Positions 24,342 to 33,769 are shown, numbered from the stretch's first letter. The stretch is 53,959 bases of DNA from Nitriliruptorales bacterium (GCA_041591915.1 JBFHRB010000001.1:1-53959); one strand, 5' to 3'. Notes: generated from the letters alone by a model not told the origin. Program-made: numbers and translations.

Positions 24342-25538
24342 TCACCGCCAGGCGGGCCCGGACGGCGCCCGGCCAGCGGCCACGCGCGAGCCGACGAAGT
24401 TGCGCTGCACCTCGACCGTGCCGGCCCCGATGTTGAGGCCACGGATGTCGCGGTAGATGCGCTCGACCGGGAACTCGCGCGAGTAGCCGTAGCCGCCGAG
24501 GAGCTGGATGGCCTCGTCGCACACGTACTTGGCGGCGAGGTTCGCCTTCGCCTTCGCCATGCCGGTCTCGAGGGCGGGCGGCGTGCCGTGCACGTCGGCC
24601 AGGGCGACCGCCCGGTAGAGGAGCAACCGGGCGCTCTCGAGCTCGATCGCCATGTCGGCGAACTTCCACTGCAGGCCCTGCAGATCGCGCAGCGCCTTGC
24701 CGCCGATGACCCGGTCGTTGGCGTAGGCGACGGCGTGCTCGAGCGCTGAGTGGGCCGCCCCGACGCACATCGCGGCGTTGCCGCAGCGCTCGTGGTTGAG
24801 GTGGGCCAGCAGCGTCCGGAAGGCCGCCTCGTCGTCGCCATGGACGACGACGTCGTCGGGCGTGACCACGACGTCGTCGAAGACGAGCTCCGCCTCCGTG
24901 ACGCCCTTGAGGCCCATCTTCTTGTGCGTGCCGGCGATGCTGACGCCGTCCGCCGAGAGGTCGACGACCACCGAGCCGATGCCCTTGGCGCCCTGGCTCC
25001 CAGGGAAGCGCGTCCACACCAGGCACGCGTCGGCCTTGTGCCCGCCCGTGACGTAGTTCTTGTAGGCGTTGAGCCGCCACGTTCCGTCGCCGGCGTCGGT
25101 CATCGACGCACGCATCTCCATCACGGCGGAGCCGGCCTCGGCCTCCGTGATGCCGAGGCAGAACAGCGACTCGCCGGAGGCGGCGCGTGGGAGCCACCGG
25201 TCCTTGAGCACGTCGGTGCCGAGGTGCTCGATCGCGCGGGGTGCGCCGTTGTAGACGAGCTGCAGCAGGATGGCGCTCGACACGTCCCCGTGTGCGAGCT
25301 CCTCGAGGACGATGGTCGACTCGACGTCGCCCATGCCCATGCCGCCCCAACGCTCCCCGGTGGTGATGCCGTTGAGGCCGGCCTGCTGGTAGGCCTTCCA
25401 CGCCTCCTCGGGGAAGCGTTCGTGCTCGTCCCAGTCAGCGGCGCGCGGGGCGAGGTCGCGCTCGGCCACCTCGCGAGCCAGCGCTCGCAGGGCGGCCTGG
25501 TCCTCGGTGTCGGCGAGCAGGTCGCGTCCGGCGTCCAC
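24342..25538 (-). CDS. Acyl-CoA dehydrogenase (ACAD-6, canonical homotetramer-like type)
   Basis: Motifs: GITEAEAGSAV, GYGYSREFPVERIYRDIRG and GAGTVEVQRN. The GTG start is preceded by GAGGAG. Confidence 0.9.
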   Translation of the reverse strand: MDAGRDLLADTEDQAALRALAREVAERDLAPRAADWDEHERFPEEAWKAYQQAGLNGITTGERWGGMGMGDVESTIVLEELAHGDVSSAILLQLVYNGAPRAIEHLGTDVLKDRWLPRAASGESLFCLGITEAEAGSAVMEMRASMTDAGDGTWRLNAYKNYVTGGHKADACLVWTRFPGSQGAKGIGSVVVDLSADGVSIAGTHKKMGLKGVTEAELVFDDVVVTPDDVVVHGDDEAAFRTLLAHLNHERCGNAAMCVGAAHSALEHAVAYANDRVIGGKALRDLQGLQWKFADMAIELESARLLLYRAVALADVHGTPPALETGMAKAKANLAAKYVCDEAIQLLGGYGYSREFPVERIYRDIRGLNIGAGTVEVQRNFVGSRVAAGRAPSGPAWR

Positions 25539-25575
25539 GCGGGCTCCTCGATGTCGCGTGCGTGGCCCTAGCCTA

Positions 25576-25589
25576 TGACACGCGTGTCA
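25576..25589. promoter_or_regulatory. Palindromic operator-like site, perfect 14-mer TGACACGCGTGTCA
   Basis: Lies in the divergent gap between ACAD-6 (-) and the amidohydrolase (+). TAGCCT at 25569-25574 is immediately upstream on the plus strand; its reverse complement TAGGCT region serves the minus strand. Confidence 0.75.
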
Positions 25590-25604
25590 GGGAATGGGGA
25601 GTCC

Positions 25605-26753
25605 GTGCCGTCCGTCATCGATGTCGACCAGCACCTGTACGAGCCGCGGGGCATGTGGCGCGAGCACATGGACCCCGCCGACCGCGACGTCGCGCTCGAC
25701 CTCGTGGACGACGAGCTGGGCTGGACGTGGCTCACGCTCGGCGACCGGCGCCTCCACCTCGCCGAGCAGCACCGCCCCGGCAACATCGTGGCGCTGGGTG
25801 AGATGCGGCAGCGGGTCGAGCGTGGCCAGCCTCCGGAGGTGCACTACGACGAGTGGCTGCCGGCGAACTACGTCGACCCCGACGTGCGCCTGGGCTTCCT
25901 CGACGAGCACGGCCTCGACGCCACTGTCCTGTTCCCGAACCACGGCCTGCTCTGGGAGCGTCAGGTCGACGACCTGCGGACCCTGCAGGCGAACATGCGC
26001 GCGCACAACCGGTGGATCGGCGCCGTGACCCGCGGGGGGCGGGGCCGGCTGCACGGGGTCGGCCACCTCGACCTGCGCGACCTCGACTGGCTGCGGGCCG
26101 AGCTGGCCCGCCTGTCGGACGACGGCGTTCGCGCGGCGATGATCGCGCCCGGTCCGGTCGACGGTCGTTCGCTGGCGCACGCGGACCTCGATCCCGTGTG
26201 GGCAGCGTTCGTCGAGTTCGGCGTCGCCCCGGTGTTCCACGTCGGCGCGCACGCCCGCCCGTTCGTCGACGCCTGGTACGACCAGGAGCCCGACCCGGTC
26301 AACGCCGTGACGGACGCCGTGCTGCTCTGGGCCGGACCGGCGGTGGCGCTCACGAACATGGCGGTGTTCGGCGTCTTCGAGCGGCACCCCGAGCTGCGCG
26401 TCGGCGTCGTCGAGCTCACGTCGAACTGGGTGCCGACGTGGCTGTTGACGCTCGACGGCGGTCGCGCGTTCATCGCCTCGCTGATGGGTGGGCCGTTCGT
26501 CGACCTGCCGCTGCAGCCCAGCGACTACATCCGCCGGCAGGTCCGGGTCGCCGCGCTCGCGTACGAGCTCCCCGGCCGCCTCGTCGAGCAGGCGGGCGAG
26601 GACCTGTTCATGTTCGGGTCGGACTGGCCGCACGCCGAGGGGATCGCCGAGCCGGTCGCCGGCTACGCCTACGGGACCGAGGAGCTGACGGGGCGTGCAC
26701 GTGACCAGCTCTACGGCGGCAACGCCGCCTGGCTGCTGGGGCTCGGCGGCTGA
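25605..26753 (+). CDS. Amidohydrolase_2 (metal-dependent TIM-barrel hydrolase/decarboxylase) family protein
   Basis: Starts at GTG 25605 (VPSVIDVDQHLYEP), preceded by GGGGAG. Contains FMFGSDWPHAEG. The track start 25575 begins inside the palindrome. Confidence 0.8.
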   Translation: MPSVIDVDQHLYEPRGMWREHMDPADRDVALDLVDDELGWTWLTLGDRRLHLAEQHRPGNIVALGEMRQRVERGQPPEVHYDEWLPANYVDPDVRLGFLDEHGLDATVLFPNHGLLWERQVDDLRTLQANMRAHNRWIGAVTRGGRGRLHGVGHLDLRDLDWLRAELARLSDDGVRAAMIAPGPVDGRSLAHADLDPVWAAFVEFGVAPVFHVGAHARPFVDAWYDQEPDPVNAVTDAVLLWAGPAVALTNMAVFGVFERHPELRVGVVELTSNWVPTWLLTLDGGRAFIASLMGGPFVDLPLQPSDYIRRQVRVAALAYELPGRLVEQAGEDLFMFGSDWPHAEGIAEPVAGYAYGTEELTGRARDQLYGGNAAWLLGLGG

Positions 26754-26761
26754 CGACCTGC

Positions 26762-26807
26762 GGGTCGTGCTCCTCCGCTTCGGGGGTCGTGCTCGTCTCC
26801 GCTTCGG
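26762..26807. repeat. Imperfect tandem duplication (22 + 24 nt) downstream of the amidohydrolase
   Basis: GGGTCGTGCTCCTCCGCTTCGG followed by GGGTCGTGCTCGTCTCCGCTTCGG. Confidence 0.6.
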
Positions 26808-26951
26808 GCAGTGGTCGCCCTGCGGCGAGCCGAGAAGCCTCAAGACCAGCCTCGCCTACGGGCAACCATCCGCCCTTCGCTGGGGTGGGGTGTCTGAGCC
26901 GTCTCGGGCAGCCGTGTAGGCCGCGCACCGGGTGGGTGGCGGCTCGTCGGG

Positions 26952-28304
26952 TCAGTGGGGTCTTCGTCGGAGCCGCACGGTGTCGGCGGCGATGGTGACG
27001 GTGGTGTCGGTGGCGATGTGGCGCCAGGTGCGGGTGCCGTCGCGGTTGGCCGCGTGGGTCCAAGCGCCGTTGGTCTTGACGGTGTGGTGCCGCCGACAGG
27101 TCGGGGCGATGTTGGGCAGGTCGGTGCGTCCGCCGTGTCGCCACTCGTGGGCGTGATCGAGGTCGGCGGTGCGTGCGGGGCGTCGGCAGCCGGGGTGGAT
27201 ACAGGTGGAGTGCATCGCCAGGGAGGCGTCGCGTAGCCAGCCGGGTGGGATGCGGGTGCGGCGTCCGACGCCGATGGCGTCGCCGTGGTCGTCGAGCACG
27301 ATCAGCCGCACCGCGGCCCCGTCCTCGTCCATCAGCCGCCGAGCGGTCTTGCCGGTCACCCGGAGGCGTCCGCCGGTGAGGGTGGTGAGTAGGTGTGCGG
27401 GTCGGTGGGCGAGCCAGAGGAGGGTCTCGAGGTCGCAGGTGACCATCACCTTGGGCTTGGCCCTGCGCGGTCCGCTGTCGCCCTCGCCCGCGCTGGGGCT
27501 GCCGGCGAGCCACGCCTCGCACAGAGACACGAGCCGGTCAGCACGCTGGCGCCCGATCCGTTCACGGTTGCGGCCGCGCGACTCGTCATCGACCGAAGCC
27601 TCGAGCCCGTCAGTATCGGGCGTGAGCGCCTCGGCGATCGTCGCGAACCCCACGGCGTCGAACTCGCCGTACAGCTGACCGCCGGTGCCGTCGAGCCGCG
27701 GCTGCAAGGCGAGGAACGACCCCTCACGCGCCCGCTCCTCGGAGGTCTCGAGGTCTCGGTGGCGGATCTCGTCCACCAGCTCGGTCACCCGGTACAGGAT
27801 CGCCTCGGGCTCGGCATTGGCGAACACGTCCAACCGCTCCGAGATCGCCGCATCCACCTCGGCCGCCTGCTCGCTGCGCAGGCGTCGGCAGTCCAGCACG
27901 ATCGACCGGACCTGCCCCCACGACAATCGCCCGGCCCGGAACGCCCCGAGCGTCCGCGGCATCCGCCCCAACACGTCCGCGGCTGTCACGAGCATCCGTC
28001 GGTCCGCGGGCACCGCCCCACAGTTGCGCAGCAACCAGATCTCGACCGGCAACCCGGTCACGGCCTCGACCCCACCACGGCCCTGCAGCTCGACGAGCAG
28101 GCTGACCATGCGGGCCGTCATCTGATCCACGGCCTGCGCGAGGTCCACGAGCTCGGCCAGCTGCGGCACCGGCTGCCCGGCGTAGCCCTCTCGGTCGGGC
28201 ACTTCGACGGAGGCCCCGTACGTCGCCCGCGCCTCACACGCCAAGACGTCCCGCCGCTGCAGCAGCGGCCGATCACCAAGGCGGAGTCGCGAGGTCAACG
28301 TCAT
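26952..28304 (-). CDS. DUF222 domain + HNH endonuclease (REP13E12-like selfish gene)
   Basis: Starts at ATG 28304 (MTLTSRLRLGD). The C-terminal HNH region is CIHPGCRRPARTADLDHAHEWRHGGRTDLPNIAPTCRRHHTVK. It is flanked by about 200-nt non-coding stretches, unusual for this window. Confidence 0.85.
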   Translation of the reverse strand: MTLTSRLRLGDRPLLQRRDVLACEARATYGASVEVPDREGYAGQPVPQLAELVDLAQAVDQMTARMVSLLVELQGRGGVEAVTGLPVEIWLLRNCGAVPADRRMLVTAADVLGRMPRTLGAFRAGRLSWGQVRSIVLDCRRLRSEQAAEVDAAISERLDVFANAEPEAILYRVTELVDEIRHRDLETSEERAREGSFLALQPRLDGTGGQLYGEFDAVGFATIAEALTPDTDGLEASVDDESRGRNRERIGRQRADRLVSLCEAWLAGSPSAGEGDSGPRRAKPKVMVTCDLETLLWLAHRPAHLLTTLTGGRLRVTGKTARRLMDEDGAAVRLIVLDDHGDAIGVGRRTRIPPGWLRDASLAMHSTCIHPGCRRPARTADLDHAHEWRHGGRTDLPNIAPTCRRHHTVKTNGAWTHAANRDGTRTWRHIATDTTVTIAADTVRLRRRPH

Positions 28305-28515
28305 GCCAGCACCGTAGAACCGGGGTGTGACACGGATCCCGACGCTCACCACAGCCGTCCACACCCGAACGGCCGCCGCCCGCAAGGGCTCCGGCCTGTC
28401 CGGATCGCCGCAGGGCAGCCACCGCCCGTAGCGGACCGCAGCACGACCCCAGGACGCCCGCCCCCTAGGCTCCACCCCACCTTCCCCACCGCACGACACG
28501 ACACGGGGGAGAGGT

Positions 28516-29220
28516 GTGTCCGCACCGGACTTCCGAAGCACCATCGACCCGGGCTGGGCGACGGCACTCGAGCCCGTCGCCGACCGGATCCGCGAGCTCG
28601 GGGAGTTCCTGCGCGCGGAGCAGGCGGCGGGGCGGCCGTTCCTGCCGGCCGGCAAGGACGTGCTGCGGGCCTTCCGCACCCCGTTCGATCAGGTACGGGT
28701 CGTCGTCGTCGGCCAGGACCCGTACCCGACACCGGGCCACCCGATCGGGCTCTGCTTCGCCGTCGCGCCCGACGTGCAGCCGCTCCCGAAGAGCCTGCAG
28801 AACATCTACCGGGAGTACGTGGACGACCTCGGCCTTCCGATGCCGGCCAACGGCGACCTGACGCCCTGGACCGAGCAGGGCGTGCTCCTGCTCAACCGCG
28901 TCCTGTCCGTGCGCCCCGGAGCGCCGGCCTCGCACCGCGGCAAGGGCTGGGAGGAGGTCACCGAGCAGGCGCTGCGAGCCCTCGGCGACCGCGGGGGTCC
29001 GCTCGTGGCGGTCCTGTGGGGCCGCGACGCGCGCAACGCCCGCGCCTTCCTCGGCGACACCCCGGCGATCGAATCCCCGCACCCTTCCCCGCTGTCGGCC
29101 CACCGCGGCTTCTTCGGGTCGCGCCCCTTCAGCCGCGCCAACGCGCTGCTGGGGGAGCGGGGTGGCGAGCCGATCGACTGGCGGCTCCCGACGCCCGAGG
29201 ACCTCCGCGCGACCGCGTGA
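28516..29220 (+). CDS. ung: Uracil-DNA glycosylase, family 1
   Basis: Motifs: [17 protein letters not shown] and HPSPLSA. Confidence 0.9.
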   Translation: MSAPDFRSTIDPGWATALEPVADRIRELGEFLRAEQAAGRPFLPAGKDVLRAFRTPFDQVRVVVVGQDPYPTPGHPIGLCFAVAPDVQPLPKSLQNIYREYVDDLGLPMPANGDLTPWTEQGVLLLNRVLSVRPGAPASHRGKGWEEVTEQALRALGDRGGPLVAVLWGRDARNARAFLGDTPAIESPHPSPLSAHRGFFGSRPFSRANALLGERGGEPIDWRLPTPEDLRATA

Positions 29221-29283
29221 CCCCCTTCCGCTGCGTCCCGCGCGGTCCTACGTTCGTCGCGGACGTCCAACGGGAGTACGCAC

Positions 29284-29793
29284 GTGACCGACATCGCGAC
29301 CGCCATCGGCAACGCCGTCGACTACCTGAGCCAGCACCGGGAGGAGGCCGCGTACACCGACTCGATCGCGACGGCAACGCTCGGCGACGCCCTGCGGGTC
29401 GAGATCGTCGGTCCCGACGGCGAGGCGCTCACCACCGACATGCCGCAGAGCATCGGCGGACACGGCGAGCAGCCCTCGCCCGGGTGGCTCTTCCGCGCAG
29501 CCATCGCGTCATGCAACGCCTCGCTCATCGGGATGCACGCGGCCCGCGCCGGCATCGAGGTCGACAGCCTGACGGTCGAGGTCGACTCCGCCTCGAACGA
29601 CCTCGGGATCCTCGGGATCGACCCGCACGTCCACGCGGGGCCGGAGCAGGTCTCCGTCAGGGTCACCATCGAGGCGGCCGACGCGGACGCGGAAACGCTG
29701 CGCGAGCTCGTCGAGGACGCGGTCGCCCACTGTCCGGTCCACGATGCGGTCGGCCGCGCCGTGCCGATGTCCGTCGACGTCACCGTGGCCTGA
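29284..29793 (+). CDS. OsmC/Ohr-family protein
   Basis: Size is 169 aa. It has the family-typical paired Cys context (AIASCNASL ... VAHCPVHD). Confidence 0.75.
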   Translation: MTDIATAIGNAVDYLSQHREEAAYTDSIATATLGDALRVEIVGPDGEALTTDMPQSIGGHGEQPSPGWLFRAAIASCNASLIGMHAARAGIEVDSLTVEVDSASNDLGILGIDPHVHAGPEQVSVRVTIEAADADAETLRELVEDAVAHCPVHDAVGRAVPMSVDVTVA

Positions 29794-29809
29794 GCCCCTG
29801 CGCCTAGGC

Positions 29810-29823
29810 TGACGCGCACGTCA
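29810..29823. promoter_or_regulatory. Palindromic operator-like site, TGAC-N6-GTCA class (TGACGCGCACGTCA)
   Basis: TAGGCT at 29805-29810 overlaps the first base of the site. GGGAGG and GTG 29838 follow. Confidence 0.7.
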
Positions 29824-29837
29824 GGGAGGCGCGTCGA

Positions 29838-31619
29838 GTGCAGGACACGGAGCCGGGGGTGGCAACCCGCGATGCCCCCGCGCCCGGCAAGGGCCCGATC
29901 CCGTTCGGGTCGGTTGCCGAGCTGCTGCGACGCAACGTCGACGCGCGGGCGGACGAGCCGTTCGTCCTCTTCGGCGACGAGGTCGCCTTCACGCATCGCG
30001 ACTACGCGGAGGCGTGCCGCCGCTGGGCGACCGTCCTCGCCGACCTCGCCGGCACCGAGGCGCCACGTCACGTCGGGCTGCTGCTGCAGAACACGCCGAC
30101 CTACCTCGCCATCCTCGGCGGGGCCGCGCTGGCAGGTGTGACCGTCGTCGGCCTCAACGACACGCGCCACGGAACCGAGCTGCGACGCGACATCGAGCAC
30201 ACGGACTGCCGGGCCGTGATCGTCGAGCCGGCGACCGCTGCGCTCCTCGCCGACCTCGACCTCGACGTGCCCGTGCTGACCACGTGGGCGTTCGCCAGCG
30301 ATGCCGCGCCAGAGGCCGCGGCACGCGCCCCCGCCGCCGGCTCGGACACCGATGTCGACGCGCTCGTCGCCGCGGCCGACCCTGTCGACCTCGAAACCCC
30401 GCCGCCCGACCTCGCGACCACCTGGTGCCTCGTCCTCACCTCCGGATCGACCAGCGCCCCCAAGGCCGTCATCTGCTCGCAGCGACGGCTGCTGCAGTCG
30501 GGGGAGCGGCTACGGATGCTGATCGGCGTCACGCCGGCGGACACGGCCTACGTGTCGATGCCGCTGTTCCACTCGAACTCGATCATGGTCGGGTTCCTGC
30601 CGGCGCTGATCGCGGGTGCGTCGATCGGGCTGGCCCGCAGGTTCACGGCGTCCGGATGGCTGCCAGACGTCCGCCGCTACGGGGCGACCTACTGGAACTA
30701 CACCGGCCAGCCCCTGAGCTACATCCTCGCGACACCGGAGGCCGACGACGACGCCGACAACAGCATCCGCCGGGTCTTCGGCAACGAGGCCTCGCCCGAG
30801 TCGCAGACGCGGTTCGCGGCGCGCTTCGGCTGTGAGGTCGTCGACATGTTCGGGGCGTCCGAGGGCGGCGTCGGGATCATCCCGTCACCCGACACCCCGC
30901 CCGGCGCGCTGGGCAAGCCCCCGCCGAACGTGCTCGTCCTCGACCAGACGGGCACGCCGTGCCCGACCGCCGAGTTCGACGAGCACGGCCGGGTCATCAA
31001 CCTGATGGACTGCATCGGCGAGATCGTCAACATCGAGGGCGCGGGCCCGTTCGAGGGCTACTACCGCAACGACGAGGCCAATGCCGTCGCCACCCGCTTC
31101 GGCTACTACTGGACCGGCGACCTCGGCTACGTCGACCGCGACGGGTGGCTCTACTTCGCCGGACGCGACGAGTCGTGGATCCGCGTCGGCGGCGAGAACT
31201 TCACGCCCGGACCGATCGAGCGCGTCGTCTCCCGCCACCCCGACGTGCTCGTGTCCACCGTGTACGGCGTGCCCGACGCGGACGCCGGCGACCAGGTCGT
31301 CGCGGCGATCCAGCTCGGCGACGGTGCGGAGTTCGACGGGGCCGGTTTCGCGACGTGGCTCGACGCGCAGGGCGACCTCAGCGCCACCTGGTCACCGCGC
31401 TACGTCCGGGTCTCGGACGAGCTCCCTCGGACCGCGACCAACAAGGTCCTGACGCGCCAGCTCCGCACCGAGGGCCTGCACCTGGATCGCATCGGGGCGG
31501 ACGAGGTGTACGTGCGCGACCGCGGTGCCGACGCCTTCCGTCCGTTCACGGCCGACGACGAGGCCGCGCTGGCCGCCGAGTTCGCTGCGGCGGGCCGCAG
31601 CCGGTTCTGGGAGCGGTAG
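29838..31619 (+). CDS. Long-chain acyl-CoA synthetase (FadD-like)
   Basis: Motifs: LVLTSGSTSAPKAV and YYWTGDLGYVDRDGWLYFAGRDESWIRVGGENF. Length is 593 aa. Confidence 0.9.
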   Translation: MQDTEPGVATRDAPAPGKGPIPFGSVAELLRRNVDARADEPFVLFGDEVAFTHRDYAEACRRWATVLADLAGTEAPRHVGLLLQNTPTYLAILGGAALAGVTVVGLNDTRHGTELRRDIEHTDCRAVIVEPATAALLADLDLDVPVLTTWAFASDAAPEAAARAPAAGSDTDVDALVAAADPVDLETPPPDLATTWCLVLTSGSTSAPKAVICSQRRLLQSGERLRMLIGVTPADTAYVSMPLFHSNSIMVGFLPALIAGASIGLARRFTASGWLPDVRRYGATYWNYTGQPLSYILATPEADDDADNSIRRVFGNEASPESQTRFAARFGCEVVDMFGASEGGVGIIPSPDTPPGALGKPPPNVLVLDQTGTPCPTAEFDEHGRVINLMDCIGEIVNIEGAGPFEGYYRNDEANAVATRFGYYWTGDLGYVDRDGWLYFAGRDESWIRVGGENFTPGPIERVVSRHPDVLVSTVYGVPDADAGDQVVAAIQLGDGAEFDGAGFATWLDAQGDLSATWSPRYVRVSDELPRTATNKVLTRQLRTEGLHLDRIGADEVYVRDRGADAFRPFTADDEAALAAEFAAAGRSRFWER

Positions 31620-31621
31620 GC

Positions 31622-32746
31622 GTGGACCTCTCGCTGACCCCCCAGCAGGAGGCGTTCGTCGCCGAGGCCGAGGCATGGCTGGCCGCCAACCACGAGCCGC
31701 CGCCCGACGGCCTGTCCGACGACGAGGCGATCGAGTGGGGGCGCCGGTGGCAGCGCCGCCTCGCCGAGGGCCGCTGGGTCGGGCTCGACTGGCCGACCGA
31801 CGCCGGCGGCCGGGGCGCGTCGGCCCTCGAGGTCGCGCTCTTCAACCTCGTCTACGCGCGCACCGGGGCGCCACAGCCCGTGAACCGCGTCGGGCTCTCC
31901 CACGCCGGGCCCACGATCATCGCCCACGGCACCGACGAGCAGCGCCAGCGGTTCCTGCCGCCGCTGCTGCGCGCCGACGAGATCTGGTGCCAGATGTTCA
32001 GCGAGCCCCAGGCCGGCAGCGACCTCGCGAGCCTGCAGACCACCGCGACCCCGACCGACGGCGGCTGGGTCGTGAGCGGCCAGAAGGTCTGGACCAGCTA
32101 CGCCCAGTACGCACGGTGGGGGATCTGCCTCGTACGCACCGACCCCGACGCGAAGAAGCACGCGGGGCTGAGCTACCTGGTCGTCGACATGCAGGCGGAC
32201 GGGATCGACATCCGCCCGCTCCGGCAGCTCACCGGCGAGGAGGAGTTCTCCGAGGTGTTCATGGACGAGGTGTTCGTCCCGCGCGAGCACCTCGTCGGAG
32301 ACGAGAACGACGGCTGGCGCGTCGCCGCCACGACGCTCGCCCACGAGCGCGGCATCGGGTTCCCGTTCAAGGAGCAGGCGGTGCAGGAGGTCTGGCTCCG
32401 CCGCCTCGTGGACACGGCGGCCGACCAAGGGCTCCTCGACGACCTGCTCGTGGCCGAGGACGTGGCCCAGGCCTACATCGACCTGCGCCTGCTCGCGATC
32501 GCCAACCTCCGCACGATCTCACGGCTCGAGGCGGGGGAGGAGGCCGGCCCGGAGACCAGCTGGGTCAAGCTCCAGTGGAGCAACCTCACCCAGCACCAGT
32601 CCGCCCTCGGTGCCCGGCTCTTCCCCGACGACCCCGAGTGGCAACGCCAGGGCCTGTGGTCGCTCGCCGCGACGATCGCGGGTGGCACCAGCGAGATCCA
32701 GCGGACGATCCTCGCGGACCGCGCGCTCGGCCTCCCGCGGGGCTGA
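31622..32746 (+). CDS. Acyl-CoA dehydrogenase family protein (ACAD-7)
   Basis: Starts at GTG 31622 (VDLSLTPQQEAFVAEAEAWL), 2 nt after the ligase stop. Motifs: WCQMFSEPQAGSDLASL and GGTSEIQRTILADRALGLPR. Confidence 0.9.
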   Translation: MDLSLTPQQEAFVAEAEAWLAANHEPPPDGLSDDEAIEWGRRWQRRLAEGRWVGLDWPTDAGGRGASALEVALFNLVYARTGAPQPVNRVGLSHAGPTIIAHGTDEQRQRFLPPLLRADEIWCQMFSEPQAGSDLASLQTTATPTDGGWVVSGQKVWTSYAQYARWGICLVRTDPDAKKHAGLSYLVVDMQADGIDIRPLRQLTGEEEFSEVFMDEVFVPREHLVGDENDGWRVAATTLAHERGIGFPFKEQAVQEVWLRRLVDTAADQGLLDDLLVAEDVAQAYIDLRLLAIANLRTISRLEAGEEAGPETSWVKLQWSNLTQHQSALGARLFPDDPEWQRQGLWSLAATIAGGTSEIQRTILADRALGLPRG

Positions 32747-32750
32747 CGGG

Positions 32751-33680
32751 CTAGCCGGCCTCCGCGAGGACGCGCCGGGTCTCCTCGATCACGAGGTCGG
32801 GGGCCTCGATCGGCAGGACGTGGGTCGCGCTCGGTACGTCGACGAGGACGGCGCCGTCGATGGCGTCCACGATCCGCGTCGCGTGGAACCGCGGGCTGGT
32901 CCAGTCCAGCGTCCCCTGCAGCACGCTGGTCGGGACCGTGACGGTGTCGAGGCCCGGGACCGCGGAGTGCTCCTGCATGCCGCGCATCATCCGCAGCAGG
33001 ACGCGCATGTCGCACCCCGCGAGGTGGTCGAACCAGCGCTCCATGTCCTGCCTCGACGCCTGGGGCCCCGCGAACACGGCCAGTCGGGTGAATGGGAAGG
33101 CGAGGGGCGAGCGCAGGAACGCCGACAGGGCCGTCCGGCCCGCGTTGGCCTCGAGCGGGAGTCGGGCGATGTCGAACAGGTGCTTGGCCGGGTTGAACGG
33201 CCCGAACGTGCCGACGGGGTGGCCGGCGGCACCGGCCACGCAGACGATGCCCGCGACCTCGTCGCGCAGGTCCTGCGCGGCCTGGCACACGACCTGGACG
33301 CCATAGCTGTGCCCGACCAGCACCGCGCGCCGGACCCCCGCAGCGGCCAGGACCGCGCGCAGGTCGTCGACCGTGTCCCGGACGTGGATGCGGCCGAGGT
33401 CTGCCGGCGGGTCCGAGAGGCCGTGGGCCCGGTAGTGCCAGCGGACGACCGGCACGTCCTCGGCCAGCGGCCCCCACACGTGCGTGTAGTAGGTCTCGTC
33501 ACAGCAGATGCCGTTGCACAGCACGACGGCGGTCCGGCCGGCGCGGACCCGGCCGGCCTTCGTCAGGCTGTCGGTCGGGCCGTCGACCCGGTAGGCGATG
33601 TTGGTGCCGTCAGCGCTCGTCGTGCGGCGCCATTCGACGGCGCGCAGTCCGGTGGCCGCCGTCGTCGCGGTCGACGTCAT
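32751..33680 (-). CDS. Alpha/beta hydrolase
   Basis: Has the GHSYGV nucleophile elbow and the typical fold length (309 aa). Confidence 0.8.
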   Translation of the reverse strand: MTSTATTAATGLRAVEWRRTTSADGTNIAYRVDGPTDSLTKAGRVRAGRTAVVLCNGICCDETYYTHVWGPLAEDVPVVRWHYRAHGLSDPPADLGRIHVRDTVDDLRAVLAAAGVRRAVLVGHSYGVQVVCQAAQDLRDEVAGIVCVAGAAGHPVGTFGPFNPAKHLFDIARLPLEANAGRTALSAFLRSPLAFPFTRLAVFAGPQASRQDMERWFDHLAGCDMRVLLRMMRGMQEHSAVPGLDTVTVPTSVLQGTLDWTSPRFHATRIVDAIDGAVLVDVPSATHVLPIEAPDLVIEETRRVLAEAG

Positions 33681-33769
33681 GTGGATCCCCTCACGTGCAG
33701 CGGCCCGGAGCCTAGGGGCGCCGTGAGTAGGCTCCCGAACCGACCGGTAGACGGCAGGCGGGGATCGAC

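Noticed and set aside
25575-25604. ORFs beginning MTRVSGN... at 25575 (+) and 53943 (-), and VSGN-type reading frames through other operator copies.
   Set aside because: The peptide is simply the translation of ATGACACGCGTGTCAGGGAA. Its recurrence reflects the DNA palindrome, not a conserved micro-protein. Better starts with Shine-Dalgarno sequences lie downstream.
26754-26951. The long non-coding stretches 26754-26951 and 28305-28515, inspected for tRNA, tmRNA, a riboswitch or a CRISPR array.
   Set aside because: No cloverleaf-compatible arms or T-loop (GTTCRANNC) are present. There are no spaced repeats beyond the single 22/24-nt duplication. I recognised no riboswitch core. A structured leader or small RNA cannot be excluded without covariance models.
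26884-28481. Nine-nt inverted match (GGTGGGGTG / CACCCCACC) flanking the DUF222-HNH gene, considered as possible terminal inverted repeats.
   Set aside because: It is too short and too G/C-biased to distinguish from chance. I saw no target-site duplication and no transposase.
26952-29220. The HNH endonuclease next to uracil-DNA glycosylase, considered as a possible defence or anti-phage pair.
   Set aside because: ung has all the family 1 housekeeping motifs and its own Shine-Dalgarno sequence and start. The genes are divergent and separated by 211 nt. DUF222-HNH genes are scattered selfish elements. There is no sequence evidence for a functional link.
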